Source: Spirochaetia bacterium (GTDB lineage Bacteria; Spirochaetota; Spirochaetia; CADAEX01). Taken from it: a stretch of DNA of 64,000 bases. The notes under the pieces are model-generated. The model was given only the letters and a program-made list of their open reading frames with translations. It had not been told where the DNA came from and searched no databases. Both the position numbers and the translations under genes were made by a program. Below are positions 50,066-59,494 of this stretch, in pieces. Location: positions 127,287 through 191,286 of the forward strand of contig JAZURI010000001.1 in the NCBI GenBank assembly GCA_045606105.1, read 5' to 3'. Position 1 is the first letter of the stretch. Each line of letters opens with the position of its first letter.

Positions 50066-50596
50066 TTATTTACAAAGACCTGACCAGAATTTTACAACCT
50101 GTCCGAGAGGAGCAAGTGCATCTGTGTACATTGCCCTGTTGTAGAGAGCTTCGCCCATTGCGAAAATCTGTACACCCTTTGTCCAAGGTTCTACATTTTT
50201 CTTGTCTTCAGGAACTTTTCCCTGGAGATCGAGACATGTATAGTAAAGACCCTTTGCAGCATATTCGTTACTTGCTACAACAGGAGCGTCCTTTTCAACG
50301 AGACCTGACCAGAATTTCTTTGTCTGTCCGAGAGGAGCAAGAGATTCTGTGTACATACCTTTGTCATAAAGTGCTTTTCCCATAGCGAAAATCTGCACAC
50401 CCTTTGTCCATGGTTCTACATTCTTGTTTCCTTCAGGAACTTTTGCCTGAAGATCCAGACATGTGTAGTAAAGACCGGTTGCTGCATAATAGTCCGGAGC
50501 TGATTCAGCTTTTGCTGCTGCGTCAGTTGTACCACATCCTGCAAAAAGACCTACTACTAAAATGAGAGATACCAACAATGCTAAACTTTTTTTCAT
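50066..50596 (-). CDS. Lipoprotein composed of two 63-aa repeats
   Basis: LFAGC lipobox; repeats 51/63 identical. Confidence 0.8.
   Translation of the reverse strand: MKKSLALLVSLILVVGLFAGCGTTDAAAKAESAPDYYAATGLYYTCLDLQAKVPEGNKNVEPWTKGVQIFAMGKALYDKGMYTESLAPLGQTKKFWSGLVEKDAPVVASNEYAAKGLYYTCLDLQGKVPEDKKNVEPWTKGVQIFAMGEALYNRAMYTDALAPLGQVVKFWSGLCK
50075..50488 (-). repeat. Intragenic duplication, 225-bp period
   Basis: AGACCTGACCAGAATTT at 50076 and 50301; colinear similarity over about 190 bp. Confidence 0.9.
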
Positions 50597-50728
50597 TTTT
50601 TCCCCCTGAAATTAGTTTGTATCTACTTAAATTATTTATTCCAAAAATTAAATTAGGCAAGTAAAATAAAGTTATCAATCCAGAATATCAATAACTTTTC
50701 CTACTTGCCGTAAGCTTGTCAGAAAAAA

Positions 50729-51892
50729 TTATTTCTTACAAGTTTTTTTAGGAAGCTTTACACCGCAAGCCTTGAGAGCCTCTTTGAGAACCTTGAAAGC
50801 TGTCTTGATGTCTGCTTCTGTGTTGCAACCCAGGTTACAGATTCTGAAAGTAGGAAGGTTTCCGATCTTTCCAGGGTAGATTGTGATTCCGTTTTCATAG
50901 AGATAGTCATGAACTTTCTTGAAATCGAAGTTTTCGTCTTCCGGATACTTGATTGCAATTACGAGACCTGTTGTCTTTTCTCTTGGGAGGAGTTCTTCAA
51001 GTCCGAGAGCTGCAACTTCTGCTCTGATGAGTTCAGAAATAGCCATGAATCTTTCATATTTAGCCTTTTCACCCTCTTCAAAGTGTTCCTTGAGAGCCTG
51101 CTGCATAGAATAGATGATCTGTACAGGAGGTGTGAAGTTCATTTCACCGTGTTCCTTGAAGTAGCTGTACTGTCTCCAGAGGTTGGTGTAATATGATCTC
51201 TTTGGGAAATCCTTTGTCTTTTCGATGTATTCCTTCTTTCCGATAAGGAATGAACATCCTGTGAAAGCGTTGATACCCTTCTGTGATGATGCCATACAGA
51301 AGTCAAGGTTGTCGTCGTATACGTTGATAGGAACGATACCGAGTGTTGATGTTGTGTCAGATACGAAAATCTTTCCATATTTATGAGCAATTGCACCAAC
51401 TTCTCTGATTGGGTTGCAGAGACCTGTACCTGTTTCCTGATGAGCCATGTATACAACAGCTACGTCATCAGCATTCTTCTTGAGTGTTTCTTCTACGATT
51501 GCGAGGTCAGGAAGCTCAAGAACGTCGAATTTGCAGTCTACAACTCCGATTCCGTAGTACTGAGCAGCCTGAAGTGCTCTGTCATTGTAGAAACCGTTGT
51601 TTACGATCATTACTTTCTTGTCTTTTGGAACGAGGGAACCGATGGCAACGTCGATACAGATAGATCCGGAACCTGCGAACAGTGTAGCAACATAGTCGTT
51701 TTTCTTTCCGTGAACGATCTTAACGAGGTCATCAGCAACCTTTCTTGTGATTTCAGCGAATTCACCTTCTCTGTGGCAGATGTCTTCATTAATTAATGCA
51801 AGCTTTACACCCTCTGTTGTAGAGGATGGGCCTGGGTTAAGAAGAATTGTTTTTCTTACTGTCTTAGAAATTTTCTGGGTTTTTAATTTCAT
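50729..51892 (-). CDS. phnW: 2-aminoethylphosphonate aminotransferase-like class V PLP enzyme
   Basis: LLNPGP, DICHRE, HQETGTG, DTTST, SSQKG, RSYY, FTPPVQ, IYPGK. Confidence 0.8.
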   Translation of the reverse strand: MKLKTQKISKTVRKTILLNPGPSSTTEGVKLALINEDICHREGEFAEITRKVADDLVKIVHGKKNDYVATLFAGSGSICIDVAIGSLVPKDKKVMIVNNGFYNDRALQAAQYYGIGVVDCKFDVLELPDLAIVEETLKKNADDVAVVYMAHQETGTGLCNPIREVGAIAHKYGKIFVSDTTSTLGIVPINVYDDNLDFCMASSQKGINAFTGCSFLIGKKEYIEKTKDFPKRSYYTNLWRQYSYFKEHGEMNFTPPVQIIYSMQQALKEHFEEGEKAKYERFMAISELIRAEVAALGLEELLPREKTTGLVIAIKYPEDENFDFKKVHDYLYENGITIYPGKIGNLPTFRICNLGCNTEADIKTAFKVLKEALKACGVKLPKKTCKK

Positions 51893-52279
51893 TCTTTCTC
51901 TCCGATAAAATTTTAATTATCCAGGTAAAAAGGATATTGATAATTCAATCGTAACACTTAAAAAATAATCGTCAATCTTGATTTCTTTCATAAGGTTGAA
52001 AATAGATGAAATTTTGAATAATTTTGTCAAAAAGTCGTAAACAAAGTAGATGTATTAGAGATATTAGACATACGGCAAGGTATGAAAATTTGTTAAAGTT
52101 ATTAAAAAAATCAAAGAACACGGCTGAAAACTTTCTGATTTATCCCTGCTTCCGAAATAAGTTTGGGAAAATATAGAAGAAAAGCGGGTAAAATGCGAAG
52201 TTTTATAGAAACTTTGAAGAAATTGGAGATTTTGATTAAAATATTTTAGTTAATATTGTGTAAAAAGAAATTTTTTTCC

Positions 52280-52330
52280 TTGACAAGACATGACAGTGTG
52301 GTAGTATTTAAGATGTGATTAGGTATCACA
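52280..52330 (+). promoter_or_regulatory. TAXI operon promoter and downstream palindrome
   Basis: TTGACA-16bp-TAGTAT (TG-extended); TGTGAT-TAGGT-ATCACA at 52314-52330. Confidence 0.6.
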
Positions 52331-52365
52331 ACCGGCTTGACCGGAAAAATATTTAGGAGAGAAAA

Positions 52366-53346
52366 ATGAAAAGAATTATCGTGATCAGTCTTTGTCTGCT
52401 TCTCTGTGCTTCCATGGCATTCGCTAACGGAACAGCAGAAGGTGGTGCTGGCGGAAAAGCTATCATGGGTTCATCCAGCTTGGGTGGTTCATGGTATCCA
52501 ACAGCTTCAGCTATTGCAGGTGCTGTAATGCAGCATACTGATTCTGTTATCACAGCTCAGGCTACTGGTGGTGGAACAGAAAACCTCAGACTTATGTTAC
52601 AGAACGAAATGCAGATCGGTCTCGCAGAATCTAACGTAATGGTATACGCATACGAAGGAACAAAACTTTTCGCAAATGCAAAATATGACAACGTAAGATT
52701 TGTTGCTAACCTTTATCCGCTCGTATTCCAGGCAACAGTACAGAAAGCATCAAAATTCATGACTTTCAAAGATCTTTGCGACGCTAACGGAAGCTTCTCA
52801 CCAGGTTCACCAGGATCCGGAGACGAAGTAGCATGGCAGGAAATTTTCGACGGTGCATTCAACTGCGATTATAAGACACTCGGATGGAAGCCACTTTCAC
52901 ACAACGAAAGAGTTATGGCATTCCAGGACAGACTTCTTGACTGTATCGGATACGAAACATCCGTACCTGCAGGAGCTATCCTCGAATCTTCAGCTCAGAT
53001 CCCTCTCAGACTTCTTGAGATCGGCGGAGCAGAAAGAGATGCACTCATGAAAAAATACTCATGGTACTCACCATGGAACATCCCAGCCGGAACATACAAC
53101 GGCCAGGATAAGGATTGTCCTACAGTTATCACAGGAACAGCTCTTATTGCAGACGCTGTAAATGCTCCTGAGAAAGTTGTATACGACATGGTATCAACAC
53201 TGTTCGGCGCAGGCCTCAAGCAGGTTCAGTCCGTACACAGCTTCACACCTTACATCAAACTGGAAACAGCACTTGACGGAAGAGGACCTGTTCCAATCCA
53301 CCCAGCTGCTGAAAAATTCTACAAAGAAAAAGGTATGATTAAATAA
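52366..53346 (+). CDS. TAXI-family TRAP transporter solute-binding protein
   Basis: GGSWY, TGGGTEN, GSPGSG, IPAGTY, VPIHPAA. Confidence 0.92.
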   Translation: MKRIIVISLCLLLCASMAFANGTAEGGAGGKAIMGSSSLGGSWYPTASAIAGAVMQHTDSVITAQATGGGTENLRLMLQNEMQIGLAESNVMVYAYEGTKLFANAKYDNVRFVANLYPLVFQATVQKASKFMTFKDLCDANGSFSPGSPGSGDEVAWQEIFDGAFNCDYKTLGWKPLSHNERVMAFQDRLLDCIGYETSVPAGAILESSAQIPLRLLEIGGAERDALMKKYSWYSPWNIPAGTYNGQDKDCPTVITGTALIADAVNAPEKVVYDMVSTLFGAGLKQVQSVHSFTPYIKLETALDGRGPVPIHPAAEKFYKEKGMIK

Positions 53347-53366
53347 TTGACTGTTTAGTTAATGCA

Positions 53367-53406
53367 AGGAGTGCAACAGACCTGTGTTTGCTGCACTTCT
53401 TTTTTT
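53367..53406 (+). terminator. Intercistronic hairpin/terminator between TAXI SBP and permease
   Basis: GGAGTGCAACA...TGCTGCACTTC followed by T-run. Confidence 0.55.
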
Positions 53407-53444
53407 AAACTCATAGCCATTAGGCTGTAAATTGGAGAGTTTCA

Positions 53445-55661
53445 ATGGGGGATGAATATTTAAAAGACGTCAAAGATCAGCTCGAGGGAATGGATGAAGC
53501 TTCCCGTAAAGAAGCAGCTGCAATGGCGCAGAAAGCGGAGGAAATGGATAAAGCCCTCTCAGGCTACCGTGACAACAAAGCTTTCTTTGTAAAGGCAATT
53601 TCAATTATTGCCATCATTTTTGCACTTTTCCACTTCTATACAGGTGGATTCGGAATGTTCACTGCAATCAGACAGAGAGCTATACACCTTCTGTTCGCTC
53701 TGTGGATCTGTTTCATGAAGTATTCCTCAAACAAAAATAAGGGACCAAAGACAGAACCTTGGTTGCCTTACCTTTACCTTGCAATAATGCTGATGGGAAT
53801 CATTCTTGTTCCTATCTGTGATTATGCCAAAAAAGCACGCGTTGACATGACAGGTGCCGTAATAGCTATAGTCATTGTCTTCCTGGCTGCTGCTTTTATT
53901 GCAAGAATCTTCACTCTTAAAGCAAGAATCAAGGCTAACAAAGAAGTTGAAGATCAGCCGATGTGGTATGACTACATATTTATGATATGCGGTGCAGTCG
54001 GTTGTATCTATATGGCTATCAATACAGACCTTATTCTTCAGAGAGCCGGAATCGTATATCCGATCGACCAGATTATGGGACTTTTCCTCCTGATCTGTAC
54101 AATCGAAGCAACAAGACGTTCTATCGGTCATGTTCTTATGTGTATCGGTATCTTCATGCTGCTCTATTGTCGTTTCGGTTTCCTCTGCGGCGGTATCTGG
54201 AACCATCCTGGATTCAGCCTCCCGATGATCATCAGACACTTTGTACTTACTGACGCAGCTCTGTGGGGTACACCTATCGGAGTATCAGCAAGTTACATTT
54301 CCCTGTTCCTTCTTCTGGGTGCTGCTCTCCACGCAACAGGTCTTGCTGAGCTTCTCCTTAAGGTTGCAAAGGGTCTCGTAGGTCACTTCGTAGGTGGACC
54401 TGCAAAAATGGCCGTTGTAGCTTCAAGTATGTTCGCAATGATCTCCGGTTCTTCCACATCAAACGTTGCAACAACCGGTGTTATCACAATTCCTCTTATG
54501 AAGAAGACAGGTATTCCTGCTGCACTGGCAGGAGCTACAGAAGCTGCAGCTTCCATGGGTGGACAGGTAACTCCTCCTGTAATGGGTGCGGTAGCATTCA
54601 TCATGGCAGAGTTCCTCGGAATCAGCTACGTTAAGATCATCTGCGCAGCTGCTATCCCTGCATTGCTCTACTATGTATCTGTATTCACAATGATTCACTT
54701 CGAAGCACACAAGATCGGTGCTTGGGGTCTCAGAAAGTCTGAAATTCCTGAATGGAAGCATGACGCACTTACAAAGGGTTATCTTATTATCCCTGTAGTA
54801 GTACTTGTATACATGCTCGTTAAGGGTTACACAGCAATGGCATCATGTTTCTACTCATTCCTGCTTGCAATTGCTATCTCCTTCTTCAGAAAGGACACAA
54901 GACTTAATCTCAAGAAGTTCCTCGGTATCTTCGATCAGGCCGGTCAGACACTCTGTGTAGTAGCTGTACCTTCCGCTATCGCAGGTTTCGTAGAAGGAAC
55001 TGCAACACTTACAGGTCTTACACCTGCTATTACAAAGGTTCTCACAGACCTTTCACACAGCAACATGATCCTGACACTTATCATCACAATGGCAATGTGT
55101 CTCGTTCTTGGTATGGGTGTTCCTACAGTAGCTAACTATATCCTCATGACTATCATGACAGTACCTACAATGATTTCTGTAGGAGTTATGCCACTGGCAG
55201 CTCACCTCTTCTGTTTCTACTTCGGTATCATGTCAGAGCTTACACCTCCTGTAGCTATCACTTCTTACACAGCTTCAGCTATCGCAGGTGCTCCGTTCTG
55301 GCCTACAGCATTTAATGCCGTACGACTGGCCGCGGTCGCGTATATTGTACCGTACATCTTCGTATTCAATACTTCGCTGCTCCTCGGTACACAGCCGTTC
55401 GAAGCTAAGCTTATCTTCGTTATCATCACAGCAGCTCTCGGTTCATTGAGCTTCGCTATCGGTATGGCGGGATTTATCAGGCGTAAGATGTATCTGATAG
55501 AAAGATTCCTTATCTGTGGATTTGCACTTCTGCTTATCCATCCGGGTTCCATTACAGACGTTATGGGATTCGCAGGTATCGCACTTATCTTCGCTATGCA
55601 GTGGATCTACAAGAAGAACCCTAAGAACTATGTTCCTCCGGTAAAACCTGAAGGATATTGA
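53445..55661 (+). CDS. TRAP transporter fused 4TM/12TM permease
   Basis: GGPAK, SGSSTSNV, SMGGQVTPPVMG, LGMGVPT, TPPVA. Confidence 0.93.
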   Translation: MGDEYLKDVKDQLEGMDEASRKEAAAMAQKAEEMDKALSGYRDNKAFFVKAISIIAIIFALFHFYTGGFGMFTAIRQRAIHLLFALWICFMKYSSNKNKGPKTEPWLPYLYLAIMLMGIILVPICDYAKKARVDMTGAVIAIVIVFLAAAFIARIFTLKARIKANKEVEDQPMWYDYIFMICGAVGCIYMAINTDLILQRAGIVYPIDQIMGLFLLICTIEATRRSIGHVLMCIGIFMLLYCRFGFLCGGIWNHPGFSLPMIIRHFVLTDAALWGTPIGVSASYISLFLLLGAALHATGLAELLLKVAKGLVGHFVGGPAKMAVVASSMFAMISGSSTSNVATTGVITIPLMKKTGIPAALAGATEAAASMGGQVTPPVMGAVAFIMAEFLGISYVKIICAAAIPALLYYVSVFTMIHFEAHKIGAWGLRKSEIPEWKHDALTKGYLIIPVVVLVYMLVKGYTAMASCFYSFLLAIAISFFRKDTRLNLKKFLGIFDQAGQTLCVVAVPSAIAGFVEGTATLTGLTPAITKVLTDLSHSNMILTLIITMAMCLVLGMGVPTVANYILMTIMTVPTMISVGVMPLAAHLFCFYFGIMSELTPPVAITSYTASAIAGAPFWPTAFNAVRLAAVAYIVPYIFVFNTSLLLGTQPFEAKLIFVIITAALGSLSFAIGMAGFIRRKMYLIERFLICGFALLLIHPGSITDVMGFAGIALIFAMQWIYKKNPKNYVPPVKPEGY

Positions 55662-55681
55662 TCTTAAGGACCTGTAAACAC

Positions 55682-55710
55682 AAAGTCTCCCGAAAGGGAG
55701 ACTTTTTTTT
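55682..55710 (+). terminator. Intrinsic terminator
   Basis: AAAGTCTCCC-GAAA-GGGAGACTTT followed by T-run. Confidence 0.9.
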
Positions 55711-55787
55711 CTTTCTTTATTATTACAGTATTCATTTTTTTATACTTATATGATAAAATTTTTTCATCCAAAAAATCGGAGAATAAA

Positions 55788-58733
55788 ATGAGAACGGAAG
55801 TCTATTACAGAAGTCTGGATATTGACGGCAGATCCAAGAAGATTCTTGCTGCCCTCAGACAGAGTATCAATAACAACATTACCAATGTTGCCATGGCAGA
55901 TGTGTACCTGACAAAGGACATAAAGGGGTTGACCCCTGAAACAGCGGAATTTCTTTTTTCTGATTCCGTAGCACAGAGAGCACTTATTGACAAGGCTCTG
56001 GCAGATTCAGATTATATTCCGGACTGGAAATATATAATAGAAGTAACTTATCGTCCGGGTGTAACAAACCCGATGGCCATCACTGCAAGAAAATCCATTG
56101 AAACAGCCCTGGGAAGAGCCCTGGAGCCGGAAGAGATGGTTCAGACAGCAGTTCAGTATCTTATTGCAACACCGGGACTTACAGCAGAAGAGATCGAAAA
56201 GATGCAGAAATCCTTCTACAATCCCCTTGTTCAGCAGGCCGAATTCATTGCCAGGGAGGAGTGGGCAGAGAAGAAGCTTCCTGCTTTCTATCCTTACAAG
56301 GTTGCATCCAGCGAGAAGACAGTAAAGGACTTCGACATTGCATCCATGAACGACGGCGAGCTCAATTCCCTTTCCGAAAGCAGGCTCCTGGCACTCAATA
56401 TCGATGAAATGAAATCCATCCAGAAATACTTCGCTTCCGAAGAGACTCTGGAAAACAGAAAGAAAGCCGGAATCACAGGCAATGCTACAGATGTAGAGCT
56501 GGAAATGATAGGTCAGACCTGGTCAGAGCACTGCAAGCACAAGATTTTCGGTGCAGATATCGAATATATCGACGAAGAGAAAAACACCAAGGAAGAAATT
56601 TCTTCCCTCTATGCATCATATATCAAGAAAACCACCAAGGATCTCTGGGAAAAGAAGCCTTTCCTCCGTTCCGTGTTCAGCGACAACTCCGGTGTGGTTG
56701 AGTTTGACAAGGACAATCTTGTCTGCTTCAAGGTGGAGACACATAACTCCCCTTCAGCCCTGGACCCTTACGGCGGAGCAATCACAGGTATCGTAGGTGT
56801 AAACAGGGATATCATGGGAACAGGTAAGGGAGCAAGACCTTTCTTCAACACAGACTTCCTCTGTTTCGGTGAGCCTGATACAGCTCCTGAAGAAATTCCT
56901 GCAGGGCTTCTCCATCCGCGCACAGTAATGAGCGGAGTTCACCACGGAATCATCGACGGCGGTAACCAGTCCGGTATTCCTACAGTTGCCGGCGGATTCC
57001 TTTTCGATGACTCATATACAGGAAAACCGCTGGTATTCTGCGGTACAGGCGGTATCTGTCCGGCAGAGCTGGCAGGCGAAGGCTCCTGGATCAAGCACAT
57101 CAATCCGGGCGACAAGGCTGTAATGGTGGGCGGAAGAATCGGTAAGGACGGTATCCACGGTGCCACATTCTCCTCACTGGTTCTGGACGAGGCATCTCCT
57201 GTTTCTGCAGTACAGATCGGAGACCCTATCACTCAGAAGAAAATGAGCGATTTCCTCATGGAAGCCAGAGATCTGGGACTCTATCAGGGAATCACAGATA
57301 ACGGTGCCGGCGGACTCTCGTCATCTCTCGGAGAAATGGCCGAATATTCCGGCGGTATTACCATCGACCTGGACAAATGTCCTCTCAAATATCAGGGACT
57401 GGCCCCTTGGGAAATCCTGGTTTCCGAATCCCAGGAAAGAATGAGCCTTTCCATGAAGCCTGAACACGTGGAAGCTTTCCTCGCCCTTGCCAAGAAGAGG
57501 GATGTGGAAGCCACAGTTGTGGGAGAATTCAACGATTCCGGTTTCATCAGCATTATCGGCGGCGGAAAGCTTGCCGGATACCTCTCCATGGAATTCCTCC
57601 ACAAGGGACTTCCTAAAATGAAGCTCAAGGCTGTATGGAAGCCTAAGACTGCAGAAAAGCTCGCATTTGCCGAAGAAAACCTCAAGGATAAGCTTACAGA
57701 GATTCTTTCCGATACAAACGTAGTTTCAAGAGAAACCCTGGTTCGTCAGTACGACCACGAGGTAGGTGCCGTATCTGTAGTTAAGCCTTTCGTAGGTGTA
57801 AATTCCGATGCCCCATCCGACGGTGCGGTTCTCAAGCCTGTATATTCAAGCAACAAGGGTGTTACCGTAACTCACGGAATCTGTCCGAGAGTAGGTGACT
57901 GGGATACATACAACATGGCAATGTGTGCCGTGGATGAAGCCTACAGATCCCATATCTCATTGGGCGGTGACCCGGATTCAGCTTCTGTTCTGGACAACTT
58001 CTGCTGGCCGGATCCTGTAAAGTCAGAAAAGACACCGGACGGAGAATACAAGCTGGCACAGCTGGTAAGAACCTGTAAGGGTGTAAACGAAATCTGTATG
58101 GAATACGGACTTCCTCTCATCTCCGGAAAGGACTCAATGAAAAACGATTCCAACATCGGCGGAAAGAAAGTTTCGGTTCGTCCTACACTCCTTATCTCCC
58201 TCATGGGTATGATCAAGGATGTAAACAAGGCCATGACCACCGACTTCAAGAAAATCGGCGACAAGGTATATATCCTGGGAACAAACACCGGTGAAATGGG
58301 TGGTTCCGTATACGAGAAGAAGAGCGGAAAATCTCTCGGTGCATCCCCTTGCGTAGATCCTAAGAGCGCAGTCAAGATGTACAGACAGCTGGCAGAAGCC
58401 ATTGAAAAAGGGCTGGTTGCATCCTGTCACGATATTTCGGACGGAGGTCTTGCGGTTGCTCTCTGCGAAAGTGCATTGGGCGGCGGCTGCGGATGCTGTA
58501 TCGATATCAACGACGACCTGGCTCCGGTTCAGACCCTGTTCTCCGAAGCTCCTTCCAGATTCGTGGTTTCCGTTGCGGAAGAAAATGCGGCAGAATTCGA
58601 GGCTGTAATGGCAGGTGCTCCTGTTGTCAAGGCCGGAAACACATGCGGCTGCGGTGCTGTTGTAATCAAAAAGAACGGCAATGAAATCTTGAAAATCAAT
58701 CTTGCAGAAATCGACTCTGCATGGAAGAGGTAA
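55788..58733 (+). CDS. purL: Phosphoribosylformylglycinamidine synthase, synthetase subunit with N-terminal extension
   Basis: QTWSEHCKH, KVETHNSPS, DNGAGG, SESQERM, SGKDS, HDISDGG. Confidence 0.95.
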   Translation: MRTEVYYRSLDIDGRSKKILAALRQSINNNITNVAMADVYLTKDIKGLTPETAEFLFSDSVAQRALIDKALADSDYIPDWKYIIEVTYRPGVTNPMAITARKSIETALGRALEPEEMVQTAVQYLIATPGLTAEEIEKMQKSFYNPLVQQAEFIAREEWAEKKLPAFYPYKVASSEKTVKDFDIASMNDGELNSLSESRLLALNIDEMKSIQKYFASEETLENRKKAGITGNATDVELEMIGQTWSEHCKHKIFGADIEYIDEEKNTKEEISSLYASYIKKTTKDLWEKKPFLRSVFSDNSGVVEFDKDNLVCFKVETHNSPSALDPYGGAITGIVGVNRDIMGTGKGARPFFNTDFLCFGEPDTAPEEIPAGLLHPRTVMSGVHHGIIDGGNQSGIPTVAGGFLFDDSYTGKPLVFCGTGGICPAELAGEGSWIKHINPGDKAVMVGGRIGKDGIHGATFSSLVLDEASPVSAVQIGDPITQKKMSDFLMEARDLGLYQGITDNGAGGLSSSLGEMAEYSGGITIDLDKCPLKYQGLAPWEILVSESQERMSLSMKPEHVEAFLALAKKRDVEATVVGEFNDSGFISIIGGGKLAGYLSMEFLHKGLPKMKLKAVWKPKTAEKLAFAEENLKDKLTEILSDTNVVSRETLVRQYDHEVGAVSVVKPFVGVNSDAPSDGAVLKPVYSSNKGVTVTHGICPRVGDWDTYNMAMCAVDEAYRSHISLGGDPDSASVLDNFCWPDPVKSEKTPDGEYKLAQLVRTCKGVNEICMEYGLPLISGKDSMKNDSNIGGKKVSVRPTLLISLMGMIKDVNKAMTTDFKKIGDKVYILGTNTGEMGGSVYEKKSGKSLGASPCVDPKSAVKMYRQLAEAIEKGLVASCHDISDGGLAVALCESALGGGCGCCIDINDDLAPVQTLFSEAPSRFVVSVAEENAAEFEAVMAGAPVVKAGNTCGCGAVVIKKNGNEILKINLAEIDSAWKR

Positions 58734-58738
58734 ATATA

Positions 58739-59494
58739 ATGGCTAAAGTTGCAATCATCACCGGATACGGAATCAATGCAGACAATGAACTCAAGGAGGC
58801 TTTTCTCAGGGCAGGTGCCGAGAAGGCTGACAGAATCCATATCAACGACATGACAGAAAGACCTGAAATCCTGGATGAATACCATATCCTGGGCTTTCCG
58901 GGTGGCTTCTCCTTCGGAGACCATCTCGGTTCCGGAATGGTAATGGCTCATCTGTTCAAGAAGAATCTCAAGAAGGCCCTGGATAAATTCGTGGCCGACG
59001 GAAAGCTTGTAATCGGAATCTGCAACGGTTTCCAGGTTCTTGTAAAAATGGGCGTTCTGCCTAATTTTGACGGAGACTGGGGACAGGAAGTTTCCCTTAT
59101 CCACAACAACACAGGCGTTTTCGAAAACAGCTGGCTCAATGTCCGCTTCAATCCCGATTCTCCTTGCGTATGGACCAAAGGGCTGACAGGCATGGATATT
59201 CCTATCCGTCACGGAGAAGGAAGATTTATTACCAAGAACGAAGAGGTAATGGCAAAAATCAAATCCCTCAATCTCAACACAGTTATCTACAACGACAGGA
59301 ACCCTAACGGTTCAGAGGAAAACATTGCTGGAATTACAGATACCACAGGAAGAATCCTCGGCCTCATGCCTCATCCCGAAGCATTCCTGGTACCTGAAAA
59401 CCATCCGCTCTGGAAGAGAGGAATGGCAGGAGAAACAGGTCTGGCTCTTCTGAAAAACGGTGTTGATTACATTAATAAGGGGTTATGTAAATAA
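58739..59494 (+). CDS. purQ: FGAM synthase glutaminase subunit
   Basis: GGFSFGD, GICNGFQ, HGEG, MPHPE. Confidence 0.95.
   Translation: MAKVAIITGYGINADNELKEAFLRAGAEKADRIHINDMTERPEILDEYHILGFPGGFSFGDHLGSGMVMAHLFKKNLKKALDKFVADGKLVIGICNGFQVLVKMGVLPNFDGDWGQEVSLIHNNTGVFENSWLNVRFNPDSPCVWTKGLTGMDIPIRHGEGRFITKNEEVMAKIKSLNLNTVIYNDRNPNGSEENIAGITDTTGRILGLMPHPEAFLVPENHPLWKRGMAGETGLALLKNGVDYINKGLCK

Noticed and set aside
55788-56330. PurL N-terminal extension as a novel domain
   Set aside because: Most likely the PurS-like region fused in this known PurL subtype; no separate purS is present.
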